Positions 12,588 through 24,239 are shown, counted from the whole stretch's first letter. The stretch is DNA of 63,897 nucleotides, filler included, from Dicyema japonicum (GCA_011109175.1; 6 parts of 6 records of this genome joined end to end with filler, not necessarily neighbours in it); one strand, 5' to 3'. Notes: generated from the letters alone by a model not told the origin. Program-made: numbers and translations.

Positions 12588-12912
12588 TAATAATAAAGCC
12601 TTTTCACGAGAGCCATAGTATTTTATAGCTCCGCATAGGCAGGACACACACTTTATTTAAGTAAAGAACAGTTAATTTTAACTAATCGTAGAACCAAGGA
12701 ATGATCTTCACTTCTTTTTTTTCTTTTTCTTGTGTGAGTGTCCTTTCTAGACAATCCAGTTCCGCAGTGAGTATTCACTGATGACGGCGTCACTCGTCAA
12801 ACCATTTCTGCATCGTAGATGCGTGGAACCTTCCACCAGGTGAACAGCAGCAAGATTCGAACCCGTAGCCTGAGCCACTTAAGCCCGACACCTAACCACT
12901 AAGCCACCCGGC
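12588..12912 (-). mobile_element. Full-length tRNA-derived SINE (family A) with 12-bp TSD
   Basis: A box TGGCTTAGTGG and B box GGTTCGAATC; body shared with 21937-22158, 38490-38583 and 63600-63830; TSD tgtttcagctaa at 12576-12587 and 12913-12924. Confidence 0.85.
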
Positions 12913-13287
12913 TGTTTCAGCTAAGATAGTCCTCAATTTTTATCCAAATCATTTTTTTATCATTTGTCTTGATCTTAAGACCTTTGATAAAACGAAGCCG
13001 TATTGTATTAAGGCCAACTGGTCGATCGCAGAGGGTTTTATCGCTCAACTATGTGTATTTTCTCGTTTAATCTTCCACGATTTAACTTTCAAGGAAAAAT
13101 TATTTGATATTATACTTATGAAAGAAAGAACAACTTGCGAAAATATCTACAATTCTATACAAGATTTTGTTATTATTCTACTTATTACCTTAACAAACGA
13201 AATTAATCAATTAATTAACACAAAAATCCAGCCAACATTACCTGACGTTGTGTTGCCTCTCATAATAAGATCAACTTGTCAACTTGC

Positions 13288-13518
13288 ACCCTGTGGTACT
13301 TAGTAGCGATGCCGTCAAAGGTCATTACATAGTGAAATATAAATAATTACACGTGATGGGTACTCTATTGATTATTCGTGGAATTGTTCTTTTTCAAGTA
13401 CGCACCCTGTGGTACTTAGTAGCGATGCCGTCAAAGGTCATTACATAGTGAAATATAAATAATTACACGTGATGGGTACTCTATTGATTATTCGTGGAAT
13501 TGTTCTTTTTCAAGTACA
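13288..13518. repeat. Exact ~115-bp tandem duplication
   Basis: gcaccctgtggtacttag...tttttcaagtac present twice back to back. Confidence 0.9.
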
Positions 13519-14464
13519 AGTCTTTAACATACTATATAAGTGGAAATCATTTCAAATCCATTAGGTTATTTTATTTAATGTAAACTCTCAAACTTCATTA
13601 GTAGACTGTTTTTCATGTATACTAGAATAAACTCAAATACTTATAGAATAAACTAAAATACAAATTTTTTGAGCTATTTCATTCAATTATTTAATGTCGT
13701 ATAATGATGAACACAGGCATTATCAAAATAATGATCGGGTCTTCGATTCCTCTTCTAACAAAGATATTTATCCGACATCATTATGAGTTTTAGAACGTAA
13801 TTTTATCTGGAAAATATTTTTACCGTCATCCCAATGTTAATGATTAAAAAATGACTAACCTTCTAATAACTTTATCTAAAAAAATATTTTGTATAAGTAC
13901 CATAAAATTTGCAAATTAAAACTTGACGTCTCTGTTTTCGGCGAGTAATTGTTCAAAGTGGATGGATTTCGTTCTTTAGAATCATAAAGTCAGAAATCCG
14001 GAAAATTATCAACATGTGAATTAATAAGAATTTTAAATTAATAAAAAAACAAACGACTAATTCAAGTGAATTAACTGGCAGCTCTAATTATTGAACACCC
14101 ATTTTCCCTTACTATTCGCAAGNGCGACTGTTGCAGGGAAACATGTTAAAGATAATTTTCTAGCTGCATCTTTTTCGAAAATTAGGACGGACTCTACTTT
14201 TTTGATTTACACAATGCCTTTAGTTTGTTCAGAAATAATAATTACTCAGAAATAATCATTAATAATTACCCAACTCAGATCGTCAAAACGTAAATTCAAT
14301 AGTGACTCGACTCTGCCTTAGCGTCTGATCCAAGCATAGAAGAAATTCTCGATGTCCGATGCACGGTGAATCTACGCAGAGCGTATAGCAATATCGGTTA
14401 TCATAAGCTTCTATATATATTTTATGTCACAGTCTTTTTAATTAATCAGCTGATTATTATTATT

Positions 14465-14850
14465 CATTAACCCCGAGACCACAGAGAAAGAAAGACAAAA
14501 GAATTGTCAACTATTTAGGTGATCCCAGTTCCCGGATACAAACGTGCCATCCAACGCGTGTGCTTCTCCATTGTTCCCACTGCAAACAGAAGAGTCTTCT
14601 TTGATTATTGCAGAGGAAGCGATTGGCGACGGAAATTTCTTTGCAAACCGATTTTCTTTTGCGTGAAACAGTGAGAAACCGAGAAGGTGTTCAACTTCCT
14701 CGTAAATGCAAAGAAATACGGATCCACATGGATGAATGCCTATATCAAGGCTACTCCAAATTGCAATGGATCAGGGAGAGTGAAGGAAACTCGTTCATGC
14801 GATCTCCAAGGGTCGGAGACGACTTAATTGGACAACAAAACATAACTGTC
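14465..14850 (-). mobile_element. Diverged 3' fragment of LINE family J
   Basis: Reverse complement aligns by eye to 5330-5610 (gcaaaagaaa..., ttcctctgcaa, actgggatcacctaa). Confidence 0.7.
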
Positions 14851-15853
14851 GGTCCCTGTTTTTCAGTCTCTGCATTAGATTACCTTTACAGGTATAATGT
14901 CTCATTTTTGCATTAAATCTCTCATCTTTTCAGTTGATAGAGGAATATCTTCATCATGGCGGAGTCTATGGAGAGTATACCTTAAGTAAGTCGGTTGTGG
15001 AAAGAGAGGAGACTTATTTTTTAGGATACAGATATTATTGTTTGTAAATTTTTAGAAAAACTGAGTTGATTTCAGAAGATATTAGGATTGACATTAGATA
15101 CGCACCTTTGTTCATCACCCAATATTTAAAACATTTTCACAAAATGAGAAAGGAAAATTAATATTCTAAAAACCTTATCTGGAATATAGAAGGTCCTTTT
15201 TTTCATTTTTTAGGTATTTTAGTTTTTCAATTCAACAAGATTGAATTTATGCCAGATTTTTTGCAGGAAGGAAATTTCTACTTTTTGTTAAATATTTGTA
15301 AAGAATTGATAATGACCTCTCCATTTCCCGCTGCCACAGCATCAGAGTCCTTCCAATGTCTACAAGTTTATCCATAACTAGCATAAAAAGTATAGACGTC
15401 CATTCCTTAGAGTTTTGGAAACTCCTTCAAATGAGTTTTTGTGCCAGCCTGGCACTGGATGCCAACATATTAATGAAGGGGAGGGGAACAGAAGTAACAA
15501 ACACAAATATTCAAACAAGTAAGAATATGTCATCATGGTGATTTACTATCGGTCTCTTTCTGCCATAATGATTTGAAATGAAGGATATGCCGTCTAATAA
15601 ACAAGCCGAAGGTGACTATAAAACCCATTATGAATTAACAACCACTTTTAACAAAATACCACCCATATAAAAATCAAATAAGCAAAAATAACTCTATTAA
15701 CAACAAATCCAAATGTCATTATTATTGAATAACATATATAATGTAAATAACGCACTCCTCGAAGCACTATCTCTTGCTTTATTAATGTCATCCCCTATAT
15801 CAGAGAACACGAGTTCCTCACAAAAGACACAATAAACACAGCAGCTGGCTACC

Positions 15854-16460
15854 CTAAATAGTAGCACCACTCTCACCAGTTGGATGAAGGTAATAGTTGA
15901 AAATTTCAAATGTAAACTTTCGTTTAGCAGAAACCAGTCCCAATCTATGAATAAACGAATCCTTTGAAGCCAGAGAAGGAAATCCGTCTACGACCAACAG
16001 TCTAAGGGAGACCGAGTGGGTAGTAAACTCGAGGACCGATCTGAATTGGGCGTAGATGGAACTCTTCTCCAGCTTATTAAGCATTTCTATTGAGGCCTAA
16101 TTCTTTGCCTGCTGTTTCCAAGAGCCTTTGCCTGTAACTGAGATGACCCCGACTGTTAGAGTGCACGTGAAATGGTTGAAAACAGTTCCTCGTTTATGCT
16201 CGAGCATTTCCACGCTAGGAGGAAGTAAATTCTGTCGGCTAAGCAGGGCTAAAAGACTTCCGTAATTATTCTGGGTGACCGGAATTTTGAAATACAGCAT
16301 TGGGGATCTTTAAAAAGAATACGGAGTTTTTAAGCAGCGGCTTTCCGGGCATCTTTCCTGTTTTTGCCAATCTCAGTGGCCTCGTAGTTGTTTGCCGTGA
16401 TTATGCACTCACTTAATTAGCTGTTTACTTTAACTTTTTTCACGGTGTATCCGGGGTTAA
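15854..16460 (-). pseudogene. Tandem double-stranded RNA-binding domain protein, disrupted
   Basis: ECIITANNYEATEIGKNRKDARKAAA*KL and FTCTLTVGVISVTGKGSWKQQAKN*ASIEMLNKL both fit the dsRBD G-x-x-K-K-x-A-K-x-x-A-A pattern; stops at 16417, 16330 and 16097 plus a frameshift between the domains. Confidence 0.65.
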
Positions 16461-16849
16461 TAAATTAAATTAATTCATTTTTAAAAATGAATGTTACACA
16501 ACCAAACAATCCCAAACACATACATTTAAATAATTGTTTTATTCTTTATATATTAATACATTTATACATTAATTATTAAATTGACTTAAAAATAGACTAA
16601 TTAACTTAAGTTGAAAGCAATAATAATAACTTTAAGTTGACAGCAAATCAGCTTTTTGAATGTCCCGAACCTGGCCAAAATTGACCGATCTGTGGGAAAG
16701 AACGGAGACATTATAAGAACCAATGTTGTTCATTACCAGACACACCAGGGGGATGATTTCAATCACATTTTGGTTATTTTTTCGCGGAAAATGGCCTGAA
16801 AACAATGCAACAACAAAAAATCCAAGAAATTCCTCTTTGGAAGGGCAGC

Positions 16850-17540
16850 CGCCAACCATGGGAGCGGAGCGTGGTTGAATACACTCCCGTGTTCCTCCCT
16901 GGGGAGCCTTTTGGACGATGACTGTATTCGGATTGTTGCGTCGAACACCCATGTCGCTGTGGAAGGATGGTCGATGCATAAGGGGTTGCATCCGCTCTGG
17001 TGCAAAAGGAGTGCGGGCAGAGCACCCCGTCATGCTGCTATGAACAACATTGTAATGCGAGCTCTTGAAGCTGCAGGCTTCCCGGCAGTACTGGAGTCTG
17101 TGGGATTGGACCTCGGAGATGGGAAAAGACCGGATGGGTTAACTATCTTTCCGTTCACTGAGGGAAAATCACTCGTATGGGACTGCACTGTTGTGGATTC
17201 TTTCTCGAACTCGATGATGCTCAGCTCGGCGCAGTCTGCTGGATCGGCAGCCGATCTGGCCGAGAAAATCAAGATAAAAAATATGGCGAAATCGGAGACC
17301 GCTACCGTTTTGCACCGGTAGCAATCGAGTCGTCTGGTGCGGCCGGAAGTATTACAGGCTCTTTCCTTAAGGAAATCGGGGGAAAATTGGCCCACCGTAA
17401 GAAAGTCGTGCGGGAAGCGGTCTGGCTGATGCAAAGAATTGGTATCGCAGTTGTCCGCGGAAACGCTTACTCCGTGATGTTAGCAGCCGCTTTCCCCCAT
17501 AGTTAATAAATAATATTTTATTGTTTAAAAATAAAAAAAA
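16850..17540 (+). mobile_element. CRE-like non-LTR retrotransposon 3' end (RLE domain)
   Basis: RHAAMNNIVMRAL...DGKRPDGLTIFPF...LVWDCTV, then PVAIESSG...RIGIAVVRGNA; A-rich tail containing aataaa. Confidence 0.85.
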
Positions 17541-17599
17541 TATAATCAATACGACTCCACAGACAAGAAAATATTGTCACCTACTTGATAGAATCGTCA

Positions 17600-17790
17600 T
17601 GTGATACATTGTTGCGACCGAATCATCGGGAGATGTTGGTCCAATGACGGCTGAGTTCTTGCGAGAACTCGGAGGATTGCTTGCCATAAAGAAAAGGGAT
17701 CAACGAGAAGGGTTATTGAAACAAAAATTTGAGAGAATTGCAACAAAGCAGAGCAACTCTTCTCGCCCTTCGGAATGCAATTGTTAAATC
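17600..17790 (+). mobile_element. Second CRE-like RLE C-terminal fragment
   Basis: VATESSGDVGPMTAEFLRELGGLLAIKKRDQRE. Confidence 0.6.
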
Positions 17791-18819
17791 CTTCAGGGAG
17801 GAAGACAAGACAAAGCAAAAGAATCTATATCCTCTAATGGAATTCCCATAGCGGTGACCAATCCAGAACTCATAACCAAGAAAGCTGAACTTGTTAGTGA
17901 AAGCGATGCGAAAATGACCAGCACCACTATGGAGTCCTCAGACAACCAGACTGAGCCGAGCTCAGTCTACTCAACTATGAGTGCTAATTTACTGTACCCT
18001 GACGACAAATCAGGATCTATGAGGATGAACCAAAGATCAGGTACTTTCCTCCATAGATAATAAAGCAACTCTTACAAGAAGGCCTGTGTAGAGGCCGTGA
18101 ACGATGCTTGCCCTTCGAACCGGGCAATCATCGGTTTAGAAAGATAACCTCGAGACCATCAAAATTTTAATGAAGAACATACCCCTTTGTAGACAGAGAA
18201 TGTACAGATACAGTCTGACTCTAACAGACCAAACTGCTACAGTAAATAGGTTTAATCACCTTCACACTACTGATGGCGAAATTTGCTATCTCAACCATTC
18301 CAATGCCGATTGGTGAAGAAATGTTTGAATTTATAAAAGTATTTGAGTACAAAATCAATGCTTTCATTTCATTTATGGCTTGTCTTGAGTTAGAACTGTC
18401 TATTGGATATTACATATAATAAATATCACAGAGTGCATCATGCAAGAGTATCTTGGTTTTTTCCAGAACGGAAAAATCAAATTTGATTAACTAGATCCAG
18501 ATCCCGGCAATAATACATTGTGGTTAATAAAAATATCTATAGACCACATAAAAAACAACAGTTAGCTGTTTTTCAAAAATAAAAGCTTCATTGAGAACAT
18601 CTGCTCCACACACAAAGATAATCTAAGGGCTGATTCCACACACGTAGAAACAGCTGACGTATTCTTCGAGGAGATATCTCTTGAAGGGCAGAGTCAATAA
18701 TTATTAAATTCTTTAAAAACTTTGACATTTTACATCGATTTATAGTCAGGTGCCCAGAGTGGAGAAAATACCGAACCCAGCACCCCCGTCAAAATAAGCC
18801 TATCAGTTAAAAGATATTA

Positions 18820-19720
18820 GACCTCTGCTTGACCTATTTGATTGTCATGGTGAGGGAACATCAAGTAGTGTCCACAACTGTGAGTGTCCATTTGAGAACC
18901 AAATGCACAGGTTGACATTACTGAACACTCGATATGCCAACCAGATCTTCCGTATATTAATTATGTTACTCAACCTTCTCCCATGGTGAGTCTTAAGATG
19001 GTTCCCCTTCCTTTGAGACTTTCCATAAAACAAACTCTCTCGTAGATAATCTTACCTTCACCCTCAGTTAATGACTTGACATCCCTCAAGTCACGGGGAG
19101 GAGTTTTACATAACTGTGACAATTTGAGAAACGTGGCAGATAAAAGTAAACAGACCCAGATGAAGTGAAATAGCTTTCTTTAATACAAAATTTACGCACA
19201 TCCGTTGGCGATGATCTTTTCTATATAATCTACGATTTGGAAGACAAATTTAGTGACCCTCGTGAGTATGTTAGGACGCATCACCTACAAAAAGTATAGT
19301 AAACACAACTCCAAGATTGTCCATTTTGTCGATAAATTCGTCCTTATATTTCCTGGGAAGTGCAAAAAAAAGATCATTGTCATTCATAGTTTTTCCGTAT
19401 ATTATGTCCAAATACTCGGAAATGATTCCCTCACAGTGTTTGAGAAATTCAAATTCTGAGTTGTTGTGCCTGGTGAATTGTTCTATGTGACTTTGATTGG
19501 CTCTCCTGTATATTTTTTCGTCAATATCGATAATATTCATGCAGTAAACAACGTTAACTTTGAAATAGTCAATCAAAATGCCGCGAATTATGTCAAAGAA
19601 GACATAAGTTCTAAAATTAAGCAAAAAATAAACCTGGCGTGCCTCAAGTGAGGGAAATCGTAAAACGTTGAACCACTGTTAATCTCCTGTGAGAGTCAAG
19701 GGAGCATTTTTCCTTGAAAG
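18820..19720 (-). pseudogene. CARS1: Cytosolic cysteinyl-tRNA synthetase, N-terminal half, intron-retaining pseudogene
   Basis: Spliced translation reads HLRHAR/TYVFFDIIR...MNIIDIDEK...LGV/MRPNILTRV...NGCA/YFTSSGSVYF...FVLWK...EPS*DSPW...GWHIECSVM...FPHHDNQ. GT-AG introns at 19611-19633, 19285-19309 and 19174-19195; stop at 18993-18995 replaces the conserved Trp; frameshifts present. Confidence 0.9.
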
Positions 19721-19959
19721 GGTGTTCAACACGTTAATTTTAGAATCAATAAAATTCATTCTGATAATCAACACACTAACAACCTTGTAGCGTGCACGTT
19801 TATTATTTTACTAATTTATTTATTAATTTTACGAATAATAAAGCCTTTCTCATTAATTTAAATATAAAATAAATTTCATTAGATAATTTTATTTGTTGTT
19901 TGTTTACTTCTTTTTTTGATTCTGTGAGAAATGTATTGAAAGAATCTGTCTTCTTCCAC

Positions 19960-20520
19960 TCCCGTCTTCCCAAACAATCACGTCATCAGGCGCGACCCCC
20001 CAGGTGGGCGTGATGGTGGACTGCTTGCACTTATCAAAAGAGAAATTCCGAACGCAAACGAAACTTTTGTCAACTTCAAGTCTCCCGTTGAATATATTGG
20101 TATTTCAGTCAAAACATGCATCGGAAACATAAACATATTGAATGTGTATTTTCCACCACCCAACTAATGCCATGGAATTCAGGTTGTCCCTGTCAGACAT
20201 CGACAAATCAAAAAATATGTTACTTTGTGACTTGATAGTGAGAAAATCATCTAGGAAACAAAAATGTTATTATTCATGAAAAAACCTGCATGCGCTTTAT
20301 GAAATTTAAGCTTTCCTGTATCCCATAATTTAGTTCTGTCTTCCACAGGACAAGGTCTGACAAACGGGAGTAGCGAGTTCTAGAGCGTAGATAATCGATG
20401 CATCTCCCCCAATCGTTCCATCGTATAAGAACCATACATTTAGCGGTCAATAATAAGGTTAAGAGGTCCAAGGGCGTCACCTTGCTGCACACCAGTCACA
20501 ATGTGATCTCCTAGATAACC
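19960..20520 (+). mobile_element. jockey/I-like LINE APE fragment
   Basis: VIRRDPPGGRDGGLLALIK...ILNVYFPP, related to 56637-56993. Confidence 0.7.
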
Positions 20521-20685
20521 GAACTCTTCATTCTCATTTTAGTAAATTCAGGCGCTAGTTTGCGCTCTTTAAAAANNNNNNNNNNNNNNNNNNNNNNNNN
20601 NNNNNNNNNNNNNNNNNNNTTAATTAATTAANNNNNNNNNNNNNNNNNNNNNNNNNNNNNNNNNNNNNNNNNNNNCTCGCGTCTG

Positions 20686-20990
20686 CGACCGAAGCCGGAA
20701 CAGCGGCCACCAAAGCGGAGGTTCGGAAAAGCCATAAATATGCCATCCCTACTGGACAGGTTCACCTTTGAACCCGTGTCCGTCGAAACCTCCGGCACTC
20801 TTGGACCATCAACGCTACGTTTCCTAACCGAGCGAGGCCGCCATCTCGGGAAAATTAGAAACGACCCCGCGAGCTCAGCTGGCTTTTTGAGCGTGTCTCA
20901 ATAGCCGTACTGAGGGGGAACAGTTTCTCAATTCTCTCGGCGGCCAGTAGCTGACTGCCTTTCGATTTTTTTTAGAAATAAAGATATCTA
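20686..20990 (+). mobile_element. Third CRE-like RLE 3' end
   Basis: FTFEPVSVETSGTLGPSTLRFL...VSIAVLRGNSFSIL, then stop and an aataaa-containing tail. Confidence 0.75.
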
Positions 20991-21325
20991 ATTATTTCCC
21001 CCCTGAACTAATTAAAAAATATGTTTTTTAGCTTCCATAAAAGAGTTCTGGAAGTCTATAAGACAAAAAGAAAACACATTCAGTATTAAAATATTTGCGG
21101 TCACGTTTTTTTTGAACAAAGATTTTTTGGGTACTCTTTGGTTAGTTACATGCCACTTTTTAGTGTTGAAATAAATTTATGAAATTTTTTTTAATTAATT
21201 CATAAAAGTGGTTATAGGCACCATGCGGATTTAAATAATTTAATTATCAAATAATCTAATAAATATTTCAACCTAGTGATTTCCTTTTTTTTCGACACGT
21301 TTTCGTTTTCTAAAAAAAAAACCTA

Positions 21326-21936
21326 GTGACTACTACTATGAGTCGCGCTCATTCAAAACTAAAAGATTATGAACTACCGGTGTCTGAGGAAGACGCACTT
21401 AGCTTTCTACAATCCGTTGGAATCATTCCTCAAGATGAGAGCATGTTTTCCAAGGGAAAGAATAATTCAGGCCGAATTCTCCCTCAAAAATGGGTGTTTG
21501 GGGGAGTATGCCGTGGAACTAAAGAATGTTTTTTGGAGATGGTACCTGACAGGTCAAGAGCAACGCTTACTATGCGGATTCGAAGAAATATCGCACCTGG
21601 ATCTGTAATCCATTCTGATTCCTGGAAAAGTTACATTATTTAATTTCTATTGAGAATATAGGATATTCAACAGCAGATCTAAATGCCCATGGTTGCGCGC
21701 ATATTAGAGTGAATCATAAGTACGTGTTTAAATACGATCTTACTTTTAGGCGAAATTTCTTTTGGGGAAGTGCTAAAAGGCGGAATAAAGCACAAAGAGG
21801 TACAGCGCGCCACTTCATGGGATCATACTTTACCTGGTAGAAACAAATCAAACACATTTTTTAGAATTTCTTTGGAGAAGACAAGTAAGCGAGTTGGACA
21901 ACGCATTTGACGAACTGCTAGATGCCACAGTGGCCT
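21326..21936 (+). mobile_element. Merlin (IS1595/ISXO2-like) transposase, internally deleted
   Basis: KWVFGGVCRGTKECFLEMVPDRSRATL...IAPGSVIHSDSWKSY, followed by HIRVNH-like and FWGSAKRR segments. Confidence 0.85.
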
Positions 21937-22158
21937 TTATTATTATTATTACCCTTCCCGCAGAGCCATAGCATTCTATAACTCCGCACAGGCAGGACAC
22001 ACACTTTATTTTTAAGTGAAAGAGTTAATTTTTTTTAATTAATCGTAAGGTAGGGGCCTATCGTAGACAGGGCAAGTCGTAGGTAGGGCCAAAGATCTTC
22101 ACTTTTTTTTCTTTTTTTGTGTGTGGGTCCAAGATAGACGCTCCAGTTCCGCTCCCCC
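21937..22158 (-). mobile_element. 5'-truncated SINE family A copy with 19-bp TSD
   Basis: Tail and body match 12588-12780; flanked by ctagatgcca(c/t)agtggcct at 21918-21936 and 22159-22177. Confidence 0.85.
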
Positions 22159-23014
22159 CTAGATGCCATAGTGGCCTCTTGTCCTCCAAAAAAAACTTTA
22201 CGCAAAAATAATTAAATAATTTTTTATTATTTTTTTTCTCGCTAAATTATACCCTAATAACATATGTCACAGTCCGAATAAAATACACGCCGAATAATTA
22301 CATTCTTCAATTTTATTAAAATTAAAAATTCACACAACAAAATGTTTAATTATTATTAAAAATAGGATTTTTAATTAAAAATTCATTAATTTTTCTAACA
22401 AATTTGTATAAACAAAACCAACCACACTCAATTTACTCCTACACGGTTTGGGGAGAAGAATCGCCAAAAGGAGGGACGATCCGAGAGAGTCCTTTTGGCT
22501 TCTTCAACGCCTCTCCATTGCCGTAATTCGTGGCAACTGCTTCGCAATCCCGTGAAGCGGGGAGGGCGCCCTAATATGCGTAGCCTCTACCAATCTTTAT
22601 CTTTAAAAAAAAAAAAGTTGCTAGTAATTTACGCAGTTAACGTATACGTTTTGAATATTGTTATTTCATTTTAGGTTATCCTAATAAATTTTTCAGATAA
22701 AATTTATCGTTAATTTTGAATAAAAAATTATTTTTATTCCAGATTTAAGAGAATTACTCAATTTTAGCTAATTGAGAAATATAAATTCCATGTAATCACT
22801 CCTCAGTCCTCCTTTTCGAGAACATAGAGATCATTTGTTCGCTCGACTACAATATACTTATTAACATCAATTCCATCGTACAGTGGATACTGCCGAACAT
22901 TGAGATCGTTGTCCTGTCTAAAAATTAATTTGATGCTGAGACCTTAAAAAGCACAGTGGTTCCAACAATGATATTTTTCTTCGTCGTAACTCCATTTTCT
23001 TTTTCAATCATTTT

Positions 23015-24110
23015 TTAGCCAGCAATAATTAAATTTTCTAATGCACATTCTTGTGCCTCCAATAATTCCGTCGAATCATAAGCTAAAAGTTGCTCCATTT
23101 CTTCTTCATCGATTCTTCCAGAATTTTCAACACCTATAAATATGTAAAAAGGGATTTTTTTTGTAGAAGAATGGATAGTATTGTTGTAATCACAAACGAT
23201 ATCTTTTATGCATTCGCGATATCGTCCAAAACAATTTCTAGACGAACTTGCCGACGATATCCAGCGTTTTATGCTTTGATTAAATCTAAAGATCGATTTT
23301 AAATTATTAACCTTTCGACTTGCCCTTGAATCCAAGGAGCACGAGGCCTCCCACGTACATGTTTTATACCATATTTAGTACATAAAGCATCCACTAGCGA
23401 ATTGCAAAATTCCTTTCCATTATCAGTGTGTAGAATAAGCGGAGGCCCGACATAATAAAAAATTCTTTGGAATAAATCTGTGATTTCTGCAGAAGATTTG
23501 GTCACCGACAGTTCAAGCATTACATATTTTGAAAAGGAATCCACAATTACCAAAATCTATTTTAGTAACATATAAAATTCATACCCAGCTAAAGCCATCA
23601 TTCATCGCCGAATATCTTCTTAGGTCAATTAAATCCGCAATGTATCTGTCCCTACATCTCCTTGCAATGATTGGCGTAATTGGGGGTTTCGTAGACAATA
23701 ATTTTTTTGACTAAGAATATTTAATGAAAGGAGTTATTACCTGACAGAAAGCACAAATCGAAATCACTATAGAGATTTCTTCTCTATCGAATTCATAATA
23801 GAGATTTCTTAGTTTTGAAAAAAGGCGGTCTCTCCCAAAGTGGTTATAGTTATGTTCCGCCTAACTTTTATTTATTAAGTTGCACCTCAACGCACTTAAG
23901 CTTTAATTCGAGTTCATCTTGACAGAAAAAACGTATTTTAGCCCATTCTTTTGAAAATATGTTTTTCCATTTTCAAAATGGAAATTCCTTCCCAATTTTG
24001 TAAGCCTGTATCGTTCATGCCGCTCGATTGAAGGTGTATCGAAGTTGGGGTTGTTCATTTCTTTGATTTTTCTAGTGTTTCCTTATACAGTCTCACTACA
24101 CGCATGTTTT
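23015..24110 (-). mobile_element. Ginger/KRBA2-type DDE integrase (H2C2-like zinc-binding region plus rve core), frameshifted
   Basis: HNYNHFGRDRLF...RDRYIADLIDL...VIVDSFSKY...LHTDNGKEF...RGRPRAPWIQGQVER...YNNTIHSSTKKIPF. Confidence 0.8.
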
Positions 24111-24239
24111 CACGCTTTTTTAAGTAAAACAAAATTATGTGATTCTAGAAAAATAAATAATCAATTATTTATTCTGTCAGACTAACCAATTATTTATTCT
24201 GTCAGACTTTAGTTTCATTTCCAACGTCGTCGGAAGCGC

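Noticed and set aside
12765-12810. Hammerhead ribozyme (CTGATGA...AAAC) in SINE A
   Set aside because: GAAA is replaced by TCAAA, there is no NUH cleavage triplet or stem III pairing, it lies antisense to the SINE, and CTGATGA is absent from family B copies.
12845-12912. Functional tRNA gene (also the heads at 25060-25118 and 42720-42787)
   Set aside because: Acceptor and anticodon stems pair poorly and the heads run straight into repeated SINE bodies.
13288-13518. CRISPR-like array (also 34734-34793 and 24160-24208)
   Set aside because: Plain tandem repeats without unique spacers, no cas genes, eukaryotic context.
14600-14850. CRE-type RT from a PLQFGV-like translation
   Set aside because: The DNA aligns to the 3' part of LINE family J; the peptide match is in a shadow frame.
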